Part shown: in pieces, positions 58,374 through 64,000 of the stretch
Layout of the letters: the number at the start of each line of letters is the position of its first letter
Position numbering within the stretch: the first letter of the stretch is position 1
From: Chthoniobacterales bacterium
GTDB lineage: Bacteria; Verrucomicrobiota; Verrucomicrobiia; Chthoniobacterales; Chthoniobacteraceae
Assembly: GCA_038207335.1 (NCBI GenBank)
Contig: JBBQZX010000017.1
Location: 1 to 64,000 of the forward strand
Direction: 5' to 3'
DNA: 64,000 bases
The notes under the pieces: generated by a model
What the model was told of the DNA's origin: nothing
Databases searched by the model: none
The model's input: the letters and a program-made list of their open reading frames with translations, nothing else
Translations under genes and position numbers: made by a program

Positions 58374-59634
58374 GCGTCTCGGGCGAGACTTCGTTTTCCC
58401 AGCGGCTGATCGCGACGGTCGCCACACCGTTGCCGATGAGGTTCGTGAGAGCGCGGCATTCGCTCATGAAGCGGTCGATCCCGACGAGCAGCGCGAGCGA
58501 TTCGATGGGCACGCTCGGCAGCACGGCGAGCGTCGCCGCGAGCGTGATGAAGCCCGCGCCCGTCACGCCGCTCGCGCCTTTCGACGAGATCATCGCGACG
58601 AGCAGAACGGTGATTTGCTGCGACAAATCGAGCGGCGTGTTCGTGGCTTGCGCGAGGAAGACGACGGCCATCGCCATGTAGATGTTCGTGCCGTCGAGAT
58701 TGAAGCTGTAGCCCGTCGGGATCACGAGCCCCACGGTGGATTCGGCGCATCCGAGACGCCGCATTTTCACCAGCATCCCCGGAAGCGCGGGCTCTGAGGA
58801 GCTCGTCCCGAGCACGAGCAGCAGCTCCTCGCGGATGTAGCGCAGGAAGCGAAAAATCGAGAAACCACTCCACCGCGCGATGAGCCCGAGCACGACGACG
58901 ACGAATAGCGCGGCGGTGAAATAGAACGCGAGCATGAGCATCGCGAGTTTGTTCAGCGCGCCGAGGCCGTAGCTCCCGACCGTGAATGCCATCGCGCCAA
59001 ATGCGCCTATCGGCGCGGCGCGGACGACGATGCGGATGATGCCGAAGAAAATCTGCGAGACGGCTGCGAGGGCCGATAGAATGGGCTTTGCGCGCTTACC
59101 CATCGCGGAAATCGCGAACGCCGTGAGCACCGAGATGAGCAGCACTTGCAGCAAATCACCGCTCGCGAATGCGCCGAAATACGAACCGGGGATGATGTTC
59201 AAAAAGAACTCCTTCGCACCGAGCGCGTGTGCCTGCTGGACGTAGCTTTTCGAGAGCGACGCATCGAGCGCAGCGGGATTGGCATTGAAGCCCACGCCGG
59301 GTTTCCAGACGTTCACGACGACGAGGCCGAGGATGAGCGCGAGTGTCGAGACGACCTCGAAATACAGGAGCGTCTTGCCGCCGATACGTCCGAGCTTTTT
59401 CAAATCCGACATCGACGCGATGCCGTGCACGAGCGTGCAAAAAATCACCGGCGCGATGACCATCTTGATCAGCTTAATGAAACCGTCGCCAAGCGGTTTG
59501 AGCGCTTTCCCGGCGTCCGGAAAAGTGGCGCCGACCGCAATGCCGAGCAACACGCCGATGATCACTTGAACGTATAGAATCCGATACCAGCGAGAGCGCG
59601 CAGGACGGGGCGGAGGGATTGCTTCGTCGGTCAT
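58348..59634 (-). CDS. dctA: C4-dicarboxylate:cation symporter
   Basis: [44 protein letters not shown]. Confidence 0.95.
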   Translation of the reverse strand: MTDEAIPPPRPARSRWYRILYVQVIIGVLLGIAVGATFPDAGKALKPLGDGFIKLIKMVIAPVIFCTLVHGIASMSDLKKLGRIGGKTLLYFEVVSTLALILGLVVVNVWKPGVGFNANPAALDASLSKSYVQQAHALGAKEFFLNIIPGSYFGAFASGDLLQVLLISVLTAFAISAMGKRAKPILSALAAVSQIFFGIIRIVVRAAPIGAFGAMAFTVGSYGLGALNKLAMLMLAFYFTAALFVVVVLGLIARWSGFSIFRFLRYIREELLLVLGTSSSEPALPGMLVKMRRLGCAESTVGLVIPTGYSFNLDGTNIYMAMAVVFLAQATNTPLDLSQQITVLLVAMISSKGASGVTGAGFITLAATLAVLPSVPIESLALLVGIDRFMSECRALTNLIGNGVATVAISRWENEVSPETLNARMREC

Positions 59635-59698
59635 TGGAGGGGCCGGCGCGACCCTGCCGGCGCGGCAGCGCGGGGTCGAGCGCAGATCAACGCCGCGC

Positions 59699-59727
59699 TT
59701 GCCAGTGGACTGGCGAATGCCAATAGT
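59699..59727 (+). promoter_or_regulatory. Sigma70-like promoter for efp
   Basis: TTGCCA-N17-AATAGT. Confidence 0.45.
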
Positions 59728-59769
59728 CCGCACCCCTTTTTCCAAACCACAAACTACCCAATACCTCCT

Positions 59770-60327
59770 ATGGCTCAGGCAAACGATCTCCGCAAAGGCA
59801 TGGCTGTCCGCTACAATGGCAACGTCGCCATCGTCCTCGAAGTGATGCACCGCACGCCCGGCAATCTGCGCGCATTCGTGCAAGCGATCATCCGCTACAT
59901 CGGCACGGGAAAATCGGCCGATGTGCGCTTTGGCTCGACGGACAAAGTCGAGACGGTGGACATCCAGCGCACTCAAGTGGAGTTCAGCTACAAGGACCAT
60001 CAGGGCTACCACTTTATGGACCCGGAGACCTACGAGACCATTTCGCTCGATGACAATCTGCTCTCCGAGGCAAAGGACTATCTCGTCGAAAATCTGAAGG
60101 TCGACGTCTTGTATGTGGAAGGCAAAGCCGCGCAAGTCGAAGTCCCGGCGTCGGTGACATTGAAAGTCACGGAGTCCGCGGAAGGCGTGAAGGGCGACAG
60201 CGCGAACAACGTGATGAAAACTGCCACGCTGGAGACTGGCAAAGTGGTCAATGTCCCTTTGTTCATCAAAGAAGGTGAGTTGGTCAAAATCGACACCCGT
60301 AACGGCAACTACATGGGCCGGGCCTAG
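59770..60327 (+). CDS. efp: Elongation factor P
   Basis: 185 aa; DLRKG, FMD.ETYE, KGD, ATLETG..V.VPLFI..G....IDTR.G.Y..R. Confidence 0.96.
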   Translation: MAQANDLRKGMAVRYNGNVAIVLEVMHRTPGNLRAFVQAIIRYIGTGKSADVRFGSTDKVETVDIQRTQVEFSYKDHQGYHFMDPETYETISLDDNLLSEAKDYLVENLKVDVLYVEGKAAQVEVPASVTLKVTESAEGVKGDSANNVMKTATLETGKVVNVPLFIKEGELVKIDTRNGNYMGRA

Positions 60328-60371
60328 AGCCGTTGCGATGCGGCTGATCGCCACCACGACTGAGTTTCATC

Positions 60372-61166
60372 GTGGCTAAGAAGGCGCAACCTAAGAATCA
60401 AAAAGCCGGGCGCAAGCTGCTGCTCGGCGCGTCGCCCGCCGACCATGCCTGGGCCGTGCCAACGTGGTGGCTCAATACCCTCGTCGGCCTCTTTCTCCTG
60501 CCGGTCGCGGGAGTATTGACGCAGACACTTTTCGCGAGCTTCTCCCACGCGGCGGTGAAGCACTCATTTTGGGCCAGCGAAGAGTTCTGGTTCTTCACTC
60601 TCGGAGCCGTGCTGTGGCTGCTCGCTTTCTTCGGAAGCATTTGGGCCTGCGGCGAACCGCGCCCTTTGCGCGTCTATGTCTTTGGTCACGAACTGACCCA
60701 CGCCATCTGGGTCTGGATCATGGGAGGAGAAGTCATCGAGTTCGAAGTCGCCCGGCACGGTGGCTACATCCTGACTGACAAGCACAACGTTTGGATCGCG
60801 CTAGCGCCTTACTTTTACCCGCTCTACAGCCTCGCGGTCGTCGTCATCTACGGCATCGCCAGCGTCTTCTACGACCTATCGACCTACACTCCGTGGCTCT
60901 TCGCATTCATCGGGCTGACATGGTCGTTTCACATGACCTTCACAGTCTGGATGATCCCGAAAGGCCAGAGCGACCTGACTCAACACGGCACCTTTTTCTC
61001 ATTGGTCATCATCTACCTGATGAACCTTCTCCTCCTCACCGCCCTGCTCATCTTCGCCGCGCCCGAAGTCACCATCTCCTACTTTTTGAAAGACCTCCTC
61101 CACAACACCGAAGACCTATCCGCCTACCTCTGGAGCTACATCCGCCCGCTCCTGCCGTCGGTGTAA
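60372..61166 (+). CDS. Membrane zinc metalloprotease-like protein (M50-like)
   Basis: HELTH in a hydrophobic context, LAPY, QSD; multiple TMs. Confidence 0.75.
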   Translation: MAKKAQPKNQKAGRKLLLGASPADHAWAVPTWWLNTLVGLFLLPVAGVLTQTLFASFSHAAVKHSFWASEEFWFFTLGAVLWLLAFFGSIWACGEPRPLRVYVFGHELTHAIWVWIMGGEVIEFEVARHGGYILTDKHNVWIALAPYFYPLYSLAVVVIYGIASVFYDLSTYTPWLFAFIGLTWSFHMTFTVWMIPKGQSDLTQHGTFFSLVIIYLMNLLLLTALLIFAAPEVTISYFLKDLLHNTEDLSAYLWSYIRPLLPSV

Positions 61167-61189
61167 TTGACTAGGGTAAAAAACTTTCG

Positions 61190-61549
61190 TCAGTATTCAT
61201 CCGGCGGCTGGTCTTCGGCTTCTTCCGTCAGGGCTTTAGTGAGCGACTCTTGGAACATGAGGAAGCGCTTTGTCACGAAAAGGGGGTCGCGCTCTTCTTT
61301 TGTCGTGAGATGGGTGTCGAGGAATTCTTCGATGCTGAGGTCTTCGTAGTCTTCGGGGTCGATCTCCCAGAGCTTGTCGGAAAAGGCGACTTTGTGCGTG
61401 GCTTCGAAGCAGCAGAGGGCGAGCTCGAAATCGAGGTCGTCGAATTCGTCGCAGAAGAGTTCGCCGATCGTGGTGGTGGCGTCGGCCTGCACGAGGTCGT
61501 CGCTGATGAAATGGAGGATTGAGATGAAGGAGGTGACGAAATAACTCAT
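61190..61549 (-). CDS. Small acidic hypothetical protein (possibly ACP-like)
   Basis: ORF from MSYFVT; very Asp/Glu-rich; co-oriented with the upstream genes. Confidence 0.75.
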   Translation of the reverse strand: MSYFVTSFISILHFISDDLVQADATTTIGELFCDEFDDLDFELALCCFEATHKVAFSDKLWEIDPEDYEDLSIEEFLDTHLTTKEERDPLFVTKRFLMFQESLTKALTEEAEDQPPDEY

Positions 61550-61578
61550 CGGAAATCGGCGCGGTGGGCGGAAGGGCA

Positions 61579-62115
61579 TTACTTCTTCGCTGCTGCTGCG
61601 GCGGCTTTGATGAAGTCCATGAACTCCTCGTGCTTTCCTTTCACGAGATCCGCTGGGCCGGTCATTTTGACGAAAATATCACCCGCCGCGTTTTGAATGA
61701 TCGCGCCGAGGAGTGCCTGGTCGGGCAGCGTTGAAACCGGTCCGCCGGGCATCCCGCTTCGATAGGTCCCTTCCGTCGACACGACAGTCACTTTCGCTCC
61801 ATCGAACTCCATGGGGACGATTTTCGCCGCGCCGTCCTTACTCTCGAATTGCGCGACCCAGCGCTTCGCATTCGCATCGACGCCGCCGCCGCCGCCGGCA
61901 CCAAAATAGAAGAACGTGATGTCCGCTGATTGAGACTTGTCGGCGCTCGTGATCTTCAACTGCGCCTTCCGCATCGGCGAGTTGACCGGCACCCAATCCC
62001 ACCCGTTCGGACGGGAAAACTTGATGGCGCCAACTTCAAAAGAGGTCGGATCGTCAGCATGGACTGTGGCGGTGAAAGCGAGAAGTGCGGCAGCGAAAAG
62101 GGATCGGAAGTGCAT
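61579..62115 (-). CDS. Hypothetical secreted protein
   Basis: Signal peptide ending VHA-DD; MRKAQ, NAKRW..QF, KMTGP. Confidence 0.8.
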   Translation of the reverse strand: MHFRSLFAAALLAFTATVHADDPTSFEVGAIKFSRPNGWDWVPVNSPMRKAQLKITSADKSQSADITFFYFGAGGGGGVDANAKRWVAQFESKDGAAKIVPMEFDGAKVTVVSTEGTYRSGMPGGPVSTLPDQALLGAIIQNAAGDIFVKMTGPADLVKGKHEEFMDFIKAAAAAAKK

Positions 62116-62189
62116 GGGTAAGAAGTAAGGCGCGCGAGGAGACGGGGCAAGCGGTTAGGGTTCGTCGTGATCGGCGAACAAGGCTGCAG

Positions 62190-63278
62190 TTAGGCCTTCA
62201 CGCCGAGGCCGATTTTTTGGCGAAGGTATTGGATCGAGCGGGCGAGTTCGGCTTTTTGAAAATCCTGCTCGGCCAGTTTTTTGTCAGCGCCCTCGGAGGC
62301 TTTGAATGACGGAATCTCATGACCGCGTTTTGCCAGCGCTTCGAAGTGCGCGAGGGCCGCGGGGCGCTTGTCGTAGTGCTCCCAGAACTCCGGTTTTTTG
62401 TAGGGAAAATTGCGCGAGAAGCCGGAGATCGTCTCGATTTGAATCGGCACGGTCGGGCAGATTTTAGCCCAGCGGGCGACGTATTTTTCCCAGTCGATGA
62501 GGCCCTCGCCGGCGGCTGTCCATGCGACGGCTGCGCCATCGGGAGTCTCCCAGATCATGTCGTCGCGCAGGCTCGAGCAGTTGATGTAGGGCGCGAGATT
62601 TTCGAGCACGTCCATCGGGTTTTCGAGCGTCCAGGCGGCGTTGCCGGAGTCGATGTTCGCGCCGACGAAATCCTTACCCGCCGCCTCGATCAAATCCACG
62701 AGCTCCCACGAGTGCATGTCGCCCGCGTGGTTCTCGATCGAGATTTTCACGCCCGCATCTTTGGCTTTCGATTCACACGCCTTGAGCACCTTCACGGTGT
62801 CGGCCATGCGGGCGCGGATTCCGCCCGCGGTTTTTCGATCCTCCGCCGCGCCGAGGACGCAGCGAAAGACCGGCGAGCCGAGCGCCTTTGCGACGCGGAT
62901 GCCGGTGGATAGAAGCTCTTCAGCCGTTCCCCAGTCTTTTTTGAAGCGCGTGGAGGTGGGGCAAATGCTCCAGCCGCCGGCGTACAGGTCGATGCCGAGT
63001 TCGTCGGCTTTTGCCTTCACTTTTTGCAGCGCGGCGTCGTCGAGCGATTCGTAGCTGTCGAGGTCGGAGATGAAGAGCGTGTCGAGTTTCAGCGAGGCCG
63101 CGTGGTCGAGGAGTTGCGCGGCTTTCCAGCCCATCGCGCGGACGGCGAAGTTATCCATGCCGAGTTTGATCGGCGCCTTGAGTTTCGGCGCGGTGGGTTC
63201 AGCGAAAAGCGGCGAGGCGCAGGCTGCGGCGGCGGTGCCGGCGAGAGTTTTGAGGAAGGTGCGGCGGGGTGTATTCAT
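62190..63278 (-). CDS. Tat-exported sugar phosphate isomerase/epimerase (xylose isomerase-like TIM barrel)
   Basis: PRRTFLK Tat motif; IENH, DSGN, AGEGLIDW, IET. Confidence 0.88.
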   Translation of the reverse strand: MNTPRRTFLKTLAGTAAAACASPLFAEPTAPKLKAPIKLGMDNFAVRAMGWKAAQLLDHAASLKLDTLFISDLDSYESLDDAALQKVKAKADELGIDLYAGGWSICPTSTRFKKDWGTAEELLSTGIRVAKALGSPVFRCVLGAAEDRKTAGGIRARMADTVKVLKACESKAKDAGVKISIENHAGDMHSWELVDLIEAAGKDFVGANIDSGNAAWTLENPMDVLENLAPYINCSSLRDDMIWETPDGAAVAWTAAGEGLIDWEKYVARWAKICPTVPIQIETISGFSRNFPYKKPEFWEHYDKRPAALAHFEALAKRGHEIPSFKASEGADKKLAEQDFQKAELARSIQYLRQKIGLGVKA

Positions 63279-63352
63279 GCGGGTGAGGTGAGTGAAATTG
63301 TGAGTTTCGGACGGGGTCAATTGTTATCGAGGGAAGCGCGCACCCCTTTGAA

Positions 63353-64000
63353 TCAGGGCAGGCGGAGATCGCAGGTGAGGAGCGTGGGGTTGAGCTTTTT
63401 GCAGGGGGCGGATTTTTTCGTTGGCGGCGCAGGATGCGCGATGGGCTCGAAGGTGCGGCTGCTGTCTAGGAGCTGGTAGGCGGTTATTTTTTTTCCGCGC
63501 GAGATCGTGACGACGAGCGGCATCTGCGGCGGCATCCCGGGATGGAGCGAGGGGTAGAGCGCGGTGCGGCGGTATCGCAGGCCGGTGCCAAATTTGCCTC
63601 CGGTAAAGGGCACCAAATCGAGGCGGCGTCCATTGACATGCAGGATGCAATTTTTCGCAAAATCCGGACTCGCGAGGAACTCGATGCGCTCGATGGAGGT
63701 ATCGACGAAGCGGCTGGTGCTGCCGCCCTCGAGCGGCTGCTCGCACAGCAGCGGCCAGCCTTCGTGAGCTGCACGGATCGTGAGCGTGGCGGTGTCGTCG
63801 CGGTGCGCGAGCATCTCGGGAAAACGCCAGGCTGCGATGTCTCGGAAGATTCTCTCGGGGAGCGGAAAGCCGCCCTTTTTCAAATCGCGCAGGATGACGG
63901 CGAAGTCGGCCCACAGATGCGCGGGCAGGAAATAGCGGTCGTGCAGCGCGTCGCCGTGCTCGATGAGCGGTTCGTCGAATGGGCGCGCGAGGAGGTGTGC
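63353..64000 (-). CDS. DUF2126 / transglutaminase-associated protein, C-terminal part (runs off window)
   Basis: LHDRYFLP..LWADF, TSRFVDTSIERIE, GLRYR......SLHP, terminal DLR. Confidence 0.8.
   Translation of the reverse strand, partial: AHLLARPFDEPLIEHGDALHDRYFLPAHLWADFAVILRDLKKGGFPLPERIFRDIAAWRFPEMLAHRDDTATLTIRAAHEGWPLLCEQPLEGGSTSRFVDTSIERIEFLASPDFAKNCILHVNGRRLDLVPFTGGKFGTGLRYRRTALYPSLHPGMPPQMPLVVTISRGKKITAYQLLDSSRTFEPIAHPAPPTKKSAPCKKLNPTLLTCDLRLP

Noticed and set aside
1..64000. rRNA, tRNA, transposase, integrase or prophage genes
   Set aside because: None recognised; intergenic gaps are short and show no cloverleaf pattern by eye, though a covariance search was not possible

Overview
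High-GC bacterial chromosome segment, most likely Verrucomicrobiota (inferred from a MurC-MurB fusion, DUF1501/DUF1549/DUF1553 proteins alongside ftsZ/ftsA, and a LysM gene inside the dcw cluster). Most of it is housekeeping or envelope related: a complete dcw cluster on the minus strand (mraZ to ftsZ, about 33.2-52.1 kb), glpX, aroB, a class B PBP, an amidase, nth, marR-tolC, a beta-barrel/Wzc/OPX polysaccharide export trio, dctA, efp, an ABC exporter and a large membrane-anchored patatin. The first 660 bp are the end of an integron cassette array: one full attC, one complete cassette, and a truncated attC fused to the 3' end of a chromosomal gene. No integrase is visible in the window. The most unusual observations are sharp local C-rich to G-rich skew switches, at least one independent of coding strand; an FtsA with a C-terminal transmembrane-like tail next to an FtsZ with a degenerate T7 loop; an apparently dead alkaline phosphatase; an ACP-like protein lacking the attachment serine; an EF-P with Asn at the modified position; and a TPR protein apparently completed by a small lipoprotein. 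I saw no rRNA, tRNA, CRISPR array or transposase. All family assignments come from motif recognition by eye, not database searches.
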